From positions 13,411 to 77,410 of the forward strand of contig JAGVXV010000010.1 in assembly GCA_018303625.1 (NCBI GenBank): 64,000 bases of DNA, written 5' to 3'. The DNA comes from Candidatus Woesearchaeota archaeon (GTDB taxonomy: Archaea > Nanobdellota > Nanobdellia > Woesearchaeales > GW2011-AR4). This document shows, piece by piece, positions 1 to 8,757 of this stretch. Numbering within the stretch: position 1 is the stretch's first letter; each line of letters opens with the position of its first letter. The position numbers and the translations under genes were made by a program. The notes under the pieces are model-generated. The model was not told the origin of the DNA. It saw only the letters and a program-made list of their open reading frames with translations, and ran no database searches.

Positions 1-158
1 GAATTAGGCATAGTCAAGCGCACAAGGAATATTGGAAACGCAAAACTTTACAAATTAAACCTTTCAAATCCATTTGCCAGAAAAATGGCTGACTTGTTTG
101 ACACTTTGGTTATAGAGCCCTTGAATAAGAGAAAGAAAGTGGTTGTGAGGCATTGATT

Positions 159-779
159 TTATTTATTCTTAAGCCTATAATATGTTAAACGACCTATAAC
201 AAAACCTATTAGTGTTCCGCCAATATGCGCAAAAATATTAACATTAGTCTTATTGTTAGCAAATGCCATCCATAATAAAAAAAGAAGCAGCACTATGCCA
301 GTAATTCTTCTTCTTAATGGAATTTCTTTTAAAAAACAGAGCAAAAAAATTATTAATCCAATTAACGAGAATGCGATGCCAGAACTACCTAAAAAATATC
401 CTGCATTGCTCCCCATTTTTATGCTATACCAATAAGCAATCAAGGTTATCCAAGGTGTGATTAAAACTACACGTAACAAATAATATCTCGCCAATTCTTC
501 CCTCTTTATTTGTTGAAGCAATAAAAACAAGATTGTTAAACAAAGTAAAATAATGACTGTATTGGAAAAATAATGTTGAAAATCATAATTAATAAAATCT
601 TTAGTATATATTTGCCAAAATGAAAAATTATTCCGGTTTAAGGCTAATTGTTCTTTGTAATCTTGAAAAAATATATACAAGATCGACATTATTATTGGCA
701 AGATTAAAGTAAAACTAAATTCTTTGGAGTTAAATTTAAATGATTTTCTCATATTAACTAGAATTAACCATCCTATCAA
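159..779 (-). CDS. Rhomboid-family intramembrane serine protease (polytopic membrane protein)
   Basis: 206-aa multi-TM ORF. It has a 'GSSGIAFSLIG' (GxSG-like) motif and a downstream 'AHIGGTLIGF' (AHxxGxxxG) motif, typical of rhomboid catalytic Ser/His helices. The alternative start M10 (about 752) would remove the overlap with the ispG stop. Confidence 0.55.
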   Translation of the reverse strand: MIGWLILVNMRKSFKFNSKEFSFTLILPIIMSILYIFFQDYKEQLALNRNNFSFWQIYTKDFINYDFQHYFSNTVIILLCLTILFLLLQQIKREELARYYLLRVVLITPWITLIAYWYSIKMGSNAGYFLGSSGIAFSLIGLIIFLLCFLKEIPLRRRITGIVLLLFLLWMAFANNKTNVNIFAHIGGTLIGFVIGRLTYYRLKNK

Positions 780-1809
780 TCTCCTTCATCAGCGTCTCAA
801 CAATTTTCTCTTTCTCAACCTTTCCAATTATCTTTCCATCCTTGTACAATAAATTGGTGTTTCCAGCCCCGCCTACAATTCCCAAATCAACCTTTTTGCT
901 TTCTCCCGGGCCGTTGACAGCGCAGCCCATAACTGCAACATGAATGGGCTTCTTTATTTTTTCAGTTTTCTGCTCCAGCTCCTCAACCATTTTGATTACA
1001 TCAACATGAGTTCTTGCACATGTAGGGCATGAAGTAACTTCAACACCATCATTTCTTAAGCCCAGGCTTCTCAATATCAGTTTTGCAACCCTTACTTCCT
1101 CTTTGGGCTCCTCTGACAATGAAACACGAATTGTGTCGCCAATTCCCTCTGACAATAAAATTCCCATGCCCATAGAGCTTTTTACAGCCCCCGGAACTTT
1201 GCTTCCCGCTTCTGTAACACCCAAATGCAACGGATAATCTTTCTTTTGCGCAAAAATCCTGTAGGCCTGAACCATCCTCGGCACATCAGAAGCTTTCAAA
1301 GAAACAACAATGTCATAAAAATCCAAGTTTTCCAAAATTTTCACATGCCTTAAAGCGCTTTCTGCCATACCTTCCGCGCTGTAGCCGTATTTTTCAAACA
1401 AATCGCGCTCCAAAGAGCCGAGATTAACACCAATTCTCATCGGCAATCCGTATTCTTTTGCAGCATCAACAACCGCCTTAACCCTATCCTCTTTTCCAAT
1501 ATTTCCGGGATTAATTCTTAATTTATCAACATACTTTGCAGCTTCCAATGCAATCCTATAGTCAAAATGGATGTCTGCAATCAAAGGAAGGTTTATGTTT
1601 GCCTTAATTTCCTTCAGGGATTTTGCTGCCTCCATTGTAGGGGCTGAAACCCTTATTATGTCGCATCCAATTTCCTCAAGCTCAAGAATCTGCTTTACGG
1701 TTGCATTAATGTTAGTTGTATCAGTTGTGGTCATTGATTGAATAGCAATAGGGTTATTGCCCCCTATTTTTACATTCCCTATTTTAACTTCTCTTGATTT
1801 CCTTCTCAT
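754..1809 (-). CDS. ispG: 4-hydroxy-3-methylbut-2-enyl diphosphate synthase IspG/GcpE, bacterial type
   Basis: 351 aa, collinear with bacterial IspG over its full length: 'IAIQSMTTTDT', 'IADIHFDYRIAL', 'RINPGNIG', and C-terminal 'CPTCAR...GCAVNGPGE' [4Fe-4S] cysteines. Confidence 0.85.
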   Translation of the reverse strand: MRRKSREVKIGNVKIGGNNPIAIQSMTTTDTTNINATVKQILELEEIGCDIIRVSAPTMEAAKSLKEIKANINLPLIADIHFDYRIALEAAKYVDKLRINPGNIGKEDRVKAVVDAAKEYGLPMRIGVNLGSLERDLFEKYGYSAEGMAESALRHVKILENLDFYDIVVSLKASDVPRMVQAYRIFAQKKDYPLHLGVTEAGSKVPGAVKSSMGMGILLSEGIGDTIRVSLSEEPKEEVRVAKLILRSLGLRNDGVEVTSCPTCARTHVDVIKMVEELEQKTEKIKKPIHVAVMGCAVNGPGESKKVDLGIVGGAGNTNLLYKDGKIIGKVEKEKIVETLMKEIDRMVNSS

Positions 1810-1829
1810 TTTAAGAATTTATGATAAAT

Positions 1830-2255
1830 CTATTTTCTTGCCAGATTTATTATCGGATTTCTGCTTTCAAAGCCGGCATAAATCTCATGCCAATGCCTTA
1901 TCGATTTTTCCCCCAGCTTCCAGCATAAAAAAATATCGCGATTTTCGAACTTATAGTAAAAATCAACCAAGCCCAGTTCAAGGTCTTTCAGCAGGCATCC
2001 CATGCTTTCGAGCTCGTCCAATTTCCTGTAAAACTCGTAGGAGAACTTGTGGAATTCCCTGTTCAGTTTTGTGACGTGCCTCAGGTGGGCGTAATTTTCC
2101 TCCTCAACCTCTATTTCAACGCCTTCCAATAAATCCAATGCATTGCTCAGCTGCCTCAGCCTTCTAACAATCTTCTCTATTTTAGGCAATAAAGTCTCAG
2201 CTTTATCAATTGTAAAATAGCTTTTTGCTTCCTCTGCCTCGATAAAATCCCTCAT
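1830..2255 (-). CDS. hypothetical protein
   Basis: 141-aa ORF with balanced composition, divergent from the L1 gene. No recognisable motif. Confidence 0.35.
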   Translation of the reverse strand: MRDFIEAEEAKSYFTIDKAETLLPKIEKIVRRLRQLSNALDLLEGVEIEVEEENYAHLRHVTKLNREFHKFSYEFYRKLDELESMGCLLKDLELGLVDFYYKFENRDIFLCWKLGEKSIRHWHEIYAGFESRNPIINLARK

Positions 2256-2389
2256 TGATTTGAATAAATCTTTGTTGTTTATAAAGTTTTTTAATACTTA
2301 TTTTAAAAAATTCATAACATTTATATATAATAATCTTATTCCAAAAGCCAAGCAATCCCGCTATACTACTTCGGTAGGAGGGCAGAGTT

Positions 2390-3202
2390 ATGGAAAAGAA
2401 CCAAGTAACTGAAGCGTTAAAGAGAGCAAAGGAAGTTTCTTCTAAAAGGAATTTTAACCAGAGTGTTGACCTAATCATAAACCTAAAAGGCTTGGACTTA
2501 AAAAAGCAGGAGCAGCAGCTGGACATATTTGCAAACCTGCATTACAGCAGGGGTAAAAAAATATCTGTCTGCGCCTTGATAGGAGCCGAGCTTCAGGAGC
2601 AGGCAAAGGCATGCGACGAGTTTATTCTTGTGGATGATTTCGCAAAATTCAGCAAGAAAAGTGAAATTAAGAAGCTGGCAAACAAGCATGATTTCTTTGT
2701 TGCGCAGGCAACAATAATGCCGAAAGTGGCTGCAACATTCGGAAGGGTTTTGGGCCCAAGGGGAAAAATGCCCAATCCGAAGATAGGCTGTGTCGTGCCT
2801 CCAAATGCCAACCTGAAGCCATTGTACGAGAAGCTGCAGAAAACCATGAGGATAATGACAAAAGGCAATCCTATTATACAGTGCTCTGTCGGGAAGGAGG
2901 ACTCCAGCGAGGAAGAAGTTGCAGACAATGCCATGACAATTTACAGCACGGTATTGCAGGCTTTGCCTAACGAAAAGCAGAACATAAAAGATGTTTACCT
3001 GAAGTTGACAATGGGCAAGGCAATCAAAATCGGGGAGAAGGCAGAGGAAGAGGAAACAGGTAAGAAGACCAGGAAAAAAGCAGGCAAAGAAAAGCCGAAG
3101 GAATCGGGCGAAGAGAAAAAAGCTGATGCGAAAAAAAAAGAAAAGCCGAAAAAAGAGAAAAAAACAAATGATAAACTCCCCAATAATGAAGATAAAAAAT
3201 AA
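2390..3202 (+). CDS. rpl1: 50S ribosomal protein uL1 with Lys-rich C-terminal extension
   Basis: The N-terminus 'ALKRAKEVSSKRNFNQSVDLIINLKGLDLKK' and 'MPKVAATFGRVLGPRGKMPNPK' are typical of L1. A GGAGG SD precedes the ATG. The roughly 50-aa K/E-rich tail is atypical. Confidence 0.9.
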   Translation: MEKNQVTEALKRAKEVSSKRNFNQSVDLIINLKGLDLKKQEQQLDIFANLHYSRGKKISVCALIGAELQEQAKACDEFILVDDFAKFSKKSEIKKLANKHDFFVAQATIMPKVAATFGRVLGPRGKMPNPKIGCVVPPNANLKPLYEKLQKTMRIMTKGNPIIQCSVGKEDSSEEEVADNAMTIYSTVLQALPNEKQNIKDVYLKLTMGKAIKIGEKAEEEETGKKTRKKAGKEKPKESGEEKKADAKKKEKPKKEKKTNDKLPNNEDKK

Positions 3203-3244
3203 TCAAAACTGGCAATTGCGGACTTAAAAAACAAAAATCATTGG

Positions 3245-4420
3245 ATGAAAATGGCTCACGTCGCTGAATATAAGAAGAGGATTGTGGAAAATATAGTAAA
3301 GCTCGCCAAGGAATATCCTATAGTCGGAGCTGTAAACATGGAAAACCTGCCGGCGCCCCAATTGCAGGCTATGAAGGCGCAGCTGAGGGGCAAGGTAGTC
3401 CTGGTAATGACAAAAAAAAGGCTCATAAAGATAGCCCTGGAAAAGCTGAAAAGCGAAAGAAAAGACATTGAAAAGCTGGAAGAGCACCTGAATGGCATGC
3501 CTGCCCTCATCTTCACGGGAGAAAGCCCCTTCAAGCTAAGCAGAATACTGCAGAAAAACAAGAGCAAGGCTCCTGCAAAAGGAGGCCAGATTGCTCCAAG
3601 GGATATTATGGTTAATAAAGGCTCCACAGGATTTGCCCCTGGCCCAATTATCGGGGAATTGGGAATGGTCGGCATCAAGACAGGAGTCGAGGGAGGGAAA
3701 GTCGCTGTCAAGGAGGATACAGTAGTTGTGAGGCAGGGCGAGCAAATAAAGCCAAAAGTAGCAGAGATTCTGACAAGGCTTGGCATAGAGCCCATGGAAG
3801 TAGGCCTGGATTTGATGGCTGCCTATGAAAATGGGCTGGTATACACCAGAGACATACTGACAATTGACGACCAGCAATACCTTAGCATGCTTAATAATGC
3901 GGCAAAAAGCGCATTTAATTTATCTTTCAACGCAGCTTATCCAACAAAGGACAATATCCAGCTGCTGATATCAAAGGCGTTTAATGACTCAAGGGCCTTG
4001 GGCTTAAGCCAGGAAATCATCGACAGCGGCATTGTCGAGGAATTGCTTGCAAAGGCTGAAAGGTCTCTGCTGAGCCTGAAAAATACTGCAAAAATAGATG
4101 TTCCTGAAAAAATTTCCCAGGACGGTAAAGAAACAGAAGCTAAAAAAGAAGCAAAAGCAAAGCACAAAAAGGCTGGAAAAATAAGCCATGAAACAGACAA
4201 AAAAGTTGAAGCTTTGCCGGAAGAAAAAGAGAAATTTCCACAAGAAGAAGTAAAGAAAGAGGAAGCAAAGGACGCAGTAAAAAACAAAGAAGAAGAGATT
4301 GTAAGAGAGGAACTGGATGAGCTGGAGCATGATATTCTGAAAAATAAAGAGGAAAAAGAGCGGGAGCAAATTGAGGATTTAACAAAAGAATTGGTAAGAA
4401 AAGGCACATTAAGAAAATAA
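3245..4420 (+). CDS. rplP0: Ribosomal stalk protein P0 (uL10) with long K/E-rich C-terminal extension
   Basis: Archaeal P0 N-terminal domain ('KKRIVENIVKLAKEYPIVGAVNMENLPAPQLQ', 'GMPALIFTGESPF'). Its position between L1 and P1 fits. The C-terminus ends '...LVRKGTLRK', not the usual GLxALFG peptide. Confidence 0.9.
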   Translation: MKMAHVAEYKKRIVENIVKLAKEYPIVGAVNMENLPAPQLQAMKAQLRGKVVLVMTKKRLIKIALEKLKSERKDIEKLEEHLNGMPALIFTGESPFKLSRILQKNKSKAPAKGGQIAPRDIMVNKGSTGFAPGPIIGELGMVGIKTGVEGGKVAVKEDTVVVRQGEQIKPKVAEILTRLGIEPMEVGLDLMAAYENGLVYTRDILTIDDQQYLSMLNNAAKSAFNLSFNAAYPTKDNIQLLISKAFNDSRALGLSQEIIDSGIVEELLAKAERSLLSLKNTAKIDVPEKISQDGKETEAKKEAKAKHKKAGKISHETDKKVEALPEEKEKFPQEEVKKEEAKDAVKNKEEEIVREELDELEHDILKNKEEKEREQIEDLTKELVRKGTLRK

Positions 4421-4455
4421 ATTGATTTTGATAAAATAAACTAGGAGGGGTATAA

Positions 4456-4761
4456 ATGGAGTACATCTATAGTGCAATGCTGCTGCATAAAGCAGGGCAG
4501 CAGGTTAATGAAGCGAATGTGAAGAAAGTGCTCGAGGCTGCCGGAGTCAAGGTAAATGATGCCAGGGCAAAAGCTTTGGTGGCAGCTTTGGAAGGAGTGA
4601 ATATAGACGAAGCTATAGAGAAGGCTGCTGTTCCTGTTGCGCCAGTGGCTCAAGCTGCTGAAGCAAAAGCTGAAAGCAAGGTTGACGAAAAGAAAAAAGC
4701 AGAGGAAGAAAAGAAGGGCGAGGAGCAGGCAGCGGCAGGCTTAGGGGCGCTTTTCGGTTAG
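4456..4761 (+). CDS. rpl12: Ribosomal stalk protein P1 (aL12)
   Basis: 101 aa starting '[30 protein letters not shown]' with an Ala/Glu-rich linker and the conserved C-terminal '[13 protein letters not shown]'. A strong SD 'AGGAGGGG' lies upstream. Confidence 0.9.
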   Translation: MEYIYSAMLLHKAGQQVNEANVKKVLEAAGVKVNDARAKALVAALEGVNIDEAIEKAAVPVAPVAQAAEAKAESKVDEKKKAEEEKKGEEQAAAGLGALFG

Positions 4762-4799
4762 TTTTTTTGTTCAAGAATGGGCAGGGAACGTGACACGGC

Positions 4800-5657
4800 A
4801 TGCAAAAAGAGAACGAGCTATTCAGCAGGCTAAATGAAATAAAGAAGGAAATAAACGCCTTGAAGAACAAGCTTAATGAAATTGACAAGGAGAAGGAATC
4901 GTGGTTTGGCAAAAAGGAAGGATGCAGCAAAAAAATAAGGGGCCTTATAATCTCTGTCAGGGAAAAAAGGGGCAAGAGGGACAAGCTGACAAAAAAGGTC
5001 AGGGATGACAAGGAAAAAAGGAATGCCCTCAATGAAAAAATAAAAAATTCTATTTCTGAAATCAAAAGGCTTAATCAGGAGAAAAATTCCCTGATAAAAA
5101 AACACGGCTTCAAGGAGGATCCTTTCAGGATCAAAGGCGAAATTGACAGGCTGGAGCTGAAAATAGAAACAGAGGCCATGCCCTTTGATAAGGAGCAGAA
5201 AATAACCAAGCAGGTAAAAGAGCTGAAAAGGAGATTTGACGAATCAAAAATTTTGGGCGATATTCTGGAAAAAGGAGGCAGCTTGGGCAAAGAAGCCTAC
5301 AACCTGAAAAGCGAAGCTGAGATTCTGCATGAGTCTATACAGGAAAATGCGAAGCAAAGCCAGGCAATACACGAGGGGATAATTGCAGATTCCGGGGAAA
5401 TCGATAAGCTTAAGCTAAGCGAAGAGGAGTCTTTTTCAAAATTTTTGGAATTGAAGAAAAGTTTCAGCGAAATTAATTCCGTGCTAAAGGAAAAGCTCGG
5501 GGAATACAGCAGCCTAAGCTCGGAAATGCAAAAAATGCGGGATGAAAATGAGGAGAAACTAATCAGGGACAAGGAAGAGTTCATCAGGGAAAAAATCAAA
5601 AAGGGGCAGAAACTGACTACAGAAGATTTATGGATATTCCAAAACCAGAAAAAATGA
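4800..5657 (+). CDS. Archaeal coiled-coil protein (COG1340-like), function unknown
   Basis: 285-aa K/E-rich ORF with heptad-like repeats throughout and a C-terminal 'KGQKLTTEDLWIFQ' motif. No enzymatic motifs. Confidence 0.4.
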   Translation: MQKENELFSRLNEIKKEINALKNKLNEIDKEKESWFGKKEGCSKKIRGLIISVREKRGKRDKLTKKVRDDKEKRNALNEKIKNSISEIKRLNQEKNSLIKKHGFKEDPFRIKGEIDRLELKIETEAMPFDKEQKITKQVKELKRRFDESKILGDILEKGGSLGKEAYNLKSEAEILHESIQENAKQSQAIHEGIIADSGEIDKLKLSEEESFSKFLELKKSFSEINSVLKEKLGEYSSLSSEMQKMRDENEEKLIRDKEEFIREKIKKGQKLTTEDLWIFQNQKK

Positions 5658-5843
5658 TTATTTTTTTAAGAATTCCGTATAGCCGCACTGGCCGCAAAAC
5701 TCCCTGTTGGCATGCTTTGCCATGAAAGTTCCCGGGCCGCATTTCGGGCAATACCTGTTTTTCCTCTCCAGCTTATCGCCTGCTACCTTGTAGATCTTCC
5801 ATCCCTGCAAAGGCTTTTTTGGTTTTTTTTTCTTTTTTGCCAT
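5658..5843 (-). CDS. rps27ae: 30S ribosomal protein S27a (eS31), zinc-ribbon
   Basis: 61 aa with a K-rich N-terminus followed by '[27 protein letters not shown]' (C4 zinc ribbon), typical of eS31. Confidence 0.85.
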   Translation of the reverse strand: MAKKKKKPKKPLQGWKIYKVAGDKLERKNRYCPKCGPGTFMAKHANREFCGQCGYTEFLKK

Positions 5844-5845
5844 TT

Positions 5846-6136
5846 TTACTCTTTAGCTTCCTTAGCCGGGGCTTTTTCTTTTTTCGGCTTTATCTCAATG
5901 CTGCCCATCTCTTTCTCATCATTGTAGAGATAGCTTTCCACGCTTGCTTTCTTTAAGCCAAAATCAGTGTAAATGTGCTTGACAACAACCAAATTCTCAT
6001 TGGCGTTCAGCAAAGAGGCAATCTTTGATTTGGTTTCATTTTTTGATGGAGTTGAAGCGCTGAAATTTACCTCTGAGATTATTTTCGTCCTTGACAGCAA
6101 TGGCTCTTCCTTCTTTTCGATTATCTTCAGATCCAT
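5846..6136 (-). CDS. rps24e: 30S ribosomal protein S24e
   Basis: Internal start '[23 protein letters not shown]...[19 protein letters not shown]' matches the S24e fold. The 47-aa N-terminal extension in the ORF track begins at GTG and is unlikely to be translated. Confidence 0.8.
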   Translation of the reverse strand: MDLKIIEKKEEPLLSRTKIISEVNFSASTPSKNETKSKIASLLNANENLVVVKHIYTDFGLKKASVESYLYNDEKEMGSIEIKPKKEKAPAKEAKE

Positions 6137-6141
6137 AGAAC

Positions 6142-6327
6142 TCACCTGACTTTTATTGCATATTCTCCTTTTGCAGCTAATCCTATCTTTTTTGCTATAA
6201 GGGACTTGTCCGCGTCCAAAATGTGAAGCCTTCCCTGCCAGCTTACGGAAAACTGGTTGCCTTTGCAGACAGGGCACTCGCTACCTTCAACAAATATCTT
6301 GCATTTTTTGCAGACTTTTTTTTTCAT
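6142..6327 (-). CDS. spt4: Transcription elongation factor Spt4 / RNA polymerase subunit E''
   Basis: 61-aa Zn-ribbon 'CKKCKIFVEGSECPVCKGNQF' followed by 'GRLHILDADKSLIAKKIG', typical of Spt4. It sits in the conserved position between rpoE' and S24e. Confidence 0.75.
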   Translation of the reverse strand: MKKKVCKKCKIFVEGSECPVCKGNQFSVSWQGRLHILDADKSLIAKKIGLAAKGEYAIKVR

Positions 6328-6914
6328 TTTTTATCCTTGTCTTTTCCTTTTTGCTCTTTCTTTGGTTTTGGAATTTCTTTCTGCTCAGGATGGTCTATCC
6401 AGTCCAGCCTTCCAAGGCCCTGCTGCCTCATTGTAAGTCCAAGCTTTGGATTATTGCTGTCTTTGAATGAAACTGCTATTATGCGCGCCCTGCATATGTC
6501 ATTTACCTTCAATACCCTTTTGCTCTCCTTGCCCGCTAATGTCTTGTCCTTGCTGAAGCTTACGAAATCGTCCATTGTCTGGCTTACATGTATCATGCCT
6601 TCTATAGGCCCTAGATTCATAAAAGCGCCGAAATCCACGATATCTTTTATTCTGCCAGTAATGACTTCCTGCAATTCAGGCTTGAATGTAAGCAGCTCAA
6701 AGGTTGTTTCATAGTAGGAAGCGCCGTCTCCGGGTATGATTATGCCTTCACCGATTTCCTTTACATTGGATACATCAATGACTATTCCCATGTTTTGGGA
6801 AATGAAGCCTTCATATTTCACCTTTACCCTTTTTACGATAGCCTCCTCAACAGGAAGGCCAAACATGTCCGGAGGCACCCGTATATGGTCCTTTAGCTCA
6901 ATTTTGTAAAACAT
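6324..6914 (-). CDS. rpoE: DNA-directed RNA polymerase subunit E' (Rpo7)
   Basis: The N-terminus 'MFYKIELKDHIRVPPDMFG' and an S1-like domain 'GRIKDIVDFGAFMNLGPIEGMIHVSQ' are typical of RpoE'. It ends in a K/D-rich tail. Confidence 0.85.
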   Translation of the reverse strand: MFYKIELKDHIRVPPDMFGLPVEEAIVKRVKVKYEGFISQNMGIVIDVSNVKEIGEGIIIPGDGASYYETTFELLTFKPELQEVITGRIKDIVDFGAFMNLGPIEGMIHVSQTMDDFVSFSKDKTLAGKESKRVLKVNDICRARIIAVSFKDSNNPKLGLTMRQQGLGRLDWIDHPEQKEIPKPKKEQKGKDKDKK

Positions 6915-6951
6915 ATAAAAAACACCTTATCGTGAGAATTTTGCTCATTAT

Positions 6952-7344
6952 TTAAACTTTTCCCTCAAATATGAGGTACTTCTTTTGCCTTAAAGTTATT
7001 ATGGGTATGCTTTTCGCTTTCAGCAATCTTTTTAAATCCGCGTCCTGCGTTGCCGCTATAAAGCCGCTTTCCGCGGTATTTACTATTGACATGTCCGTGC
7101 TGACGCCATCTTCGGTTTTTACGATGCCCAGTTTCTTCAGACTGACAAGTTTCAGGCCGAGCTTTGCAGCGTCCCTGTCTTTTCCCTTCTGCTTTTTTAT
7201 GATATTCTCCAATTCCATTATTGTCTTGTCCAAAATAAAAATCTGGTAGCTGAAATTGCATATCCTTTCAATTTCAGAGAAGATATCTACCTTGAATTGC
7301 GCAGGTATGAGCAGGAAGTTTGTGTCGAGCAGTATTTTTTGCAT
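6952..7344 (-). CDS. PIN-domain protein, the conserved archaeal partner of the rpoE'-spt4 cluster
   Basis: 'MQKILLDTNFLLIP...' carries the PIN N-terminal acidic motif, plus later 'DADL' acidic residues. Its position upstream of rpoE' is conserved. The longer ORF-track N-terminus is less likely. Confidence 0.6.
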   Translation of the reverse strand: MQKILLDTNFLLIPAQFKVDIFSEIERICNFSYQIFILDKTIMELENIIKKQKGKDRDAAKLGLKLVSLKKLGIVKTEDGVSTDMSIVNTAESGFIAATQDADLKRLLKAKSIPIITLRQKKYLIFEGKV

Positions 7345-7593
7345 ATTTCCTGGTTTTTTTCCCGCTTTAATAAATTTTTTCATTAAATTGAGCCAGAGCC
7401 ATGTTAAGGCAGGCACCAATTCATGGCTCAATAAGCAAAAAGAATCGCAAGGGGGTGGGGAACATAACTAAATATGTAAAGAGAAACAATAAACCTATTC
7501 CCACTTAATTTTAGAAAAAATAAATTCAATAAAAAATAATAAAAAATCAAAAAATTGAATAGCTTTTTATAATTAAAACATTTCTTAAGGGAT

Positions 7594-8736
7594 ATGAGGG
7601 GCTTGGCAATAACTGAAAGGGGCATTGAGGATATCTGCGCCAAAGAGGTAAAGGAGCTGATAAATGCGGATGCTGAAATTAGAGAAAGCTGCGTGGCATT
7701 CAATGTTAAGAAACTGCCCGATTTATGCCTTTTGTGCTACAGGGCGCAGTCTGTAAGCCGAATTCTTTTTTTATTTGAGGATTTCAGCCTGGATGGTGAT
7801 CTTTTCGGGAAAATAAACGGGAAAATAGGGAAAGTTGACTTTTCCGGCTGGCTGGATAAAGGCACCAGCTTTGCCGTCAGGTGCCTGAAAGACGGAAATG
7901 TGGCAAGTGCTGCAGAAATTGAAAAGAAGGCAGGGGAATTTGTGATTGACAATATAAAAAAGAATAAAAAATACCGGCAGGAGGTTAATTTAATCCAGCC
8001 GGATGTGCTCTTTGTGGTTTATATTAATCAAGGCCGCTGCTATTTTGGGATTGATTTCTCCGGCTTTGATTTGAGCAAAAGAGGCTATAAGATTTTCATG
8101 CACCCCGCCTCATTGAAGGGAACCATAGCTTATGCCTTGGCAAGAATAGCGGAGTTTCGCAAAAAAGACTCTTTATTAGACCCTTTTACAGGCTCTGGCA
8201 TGATACCGATAGAAGCTTCGTTATTCGCATTGAATTTTCCGGTTAATTTTTACAATAAGGACAAGTTTGCTTTTTTGAAGTTAATTCCGCTTAAGAATTT
8301 TGATTTTGGCAGGTTCTTCAGGCAGGCAGATAAGAAGATAAGAAAGGAAAAATTGAGTGTTTATGGCTATGACAATTCCATGAAATTTGTGCAGTATGCA
8401 AAAAAGAATGCCAAAATCGCCGGGATTGACAAGCAGCTCAATTTCAGCAGGGTTGATGTCGAGTGGCTTGACATAAAATTCAAGAAGGGCAGTGTTGACA
8501 AAATCGCGGCTGACATGCCTGCGCTGTCAAAATACAATAAAGATATCGAGAAGGCCTATAAGGAGCTTTTTTACCAGTCGGACTACATATTAAAAAAAGA
8601 CGGCATTCTTGTTGTCTTGGTCCGGGATTTAAGCCTGATAAAGGGGCTTTGCGCGGAATACAATTTCAAGACCATCGAGCAAAGAAAGGTTTACAGCGGA
8701 AAGCAGGAGTTATTGGCAGTTAAGCTGAAAAAGTGA
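7594..8736 (+). CDS. THUMP-domain tRNA (guanine-N2) methyltransferase (Trm11/Trm14-like) with variant motif IV
   Basis: N-terminal ferredoxin-like and THUMP region, then a Rossmann methyltransferase with motif I 'LLDPFTGSGMIPIEA'. Motif IV reads 'AADMPALSK' instead of the (D/N)PP(Y/F) consensus. Confidence 0.65.
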   Translation: MRGLAITERGIEDICAKEVKELINADAEIRESCVAFNVKKLPDLCLLCYRAQSVSRILFLFEDFSLDGDLFGKINGKIGKVDFSGWLDKGTSFAVRCLKDGNVASAAEIEKKAGEFVIDNIKKNKKYRQEVNLIQPDVLFVVYINQGRCYFGIDFSGFDLSKRGYKIFMHPASLKGTIAYALARIAEFRKKDSLLDPFTGSGMIPIEASLFALNFPVNFYNKDKFAFLKLIPLKNFDFGRFFRQADKKIRKEKLSVYGYDNSMKFVQYAKKNAKIAGIDKQLNFSRVDVEWLDIKFKKGSVDKIAADMPALSKYNKDIEKAYKELFYQSDYILKKDGILVVLVRDLSLIKGLCAEYNFKTIEQRKVYSGKQELLAVKLKK

Positions 8737-8757
8737 GAAAGATATATAAATGGGATA

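Noticed and set aside
86-157. 24-aa plus-strand ORF at the window start (MADLFDTLVIEPLNKRKKVVVRH)
   Set aside because: It is too short. It is preceded by in-frame stops so it is not the tail of a longer gene. No support.
3256-4407. Long minus-strand ORFs (3256-3795, 3937-4407, 4004-4369) opposite the P0 gene
   Set aside because: They are antisense shadows of the K/E-rich P0 coding sequence. They are low-complexity S/F/L-rich translations with no start context, and they fully overlap a well-supported ribosomal gene.
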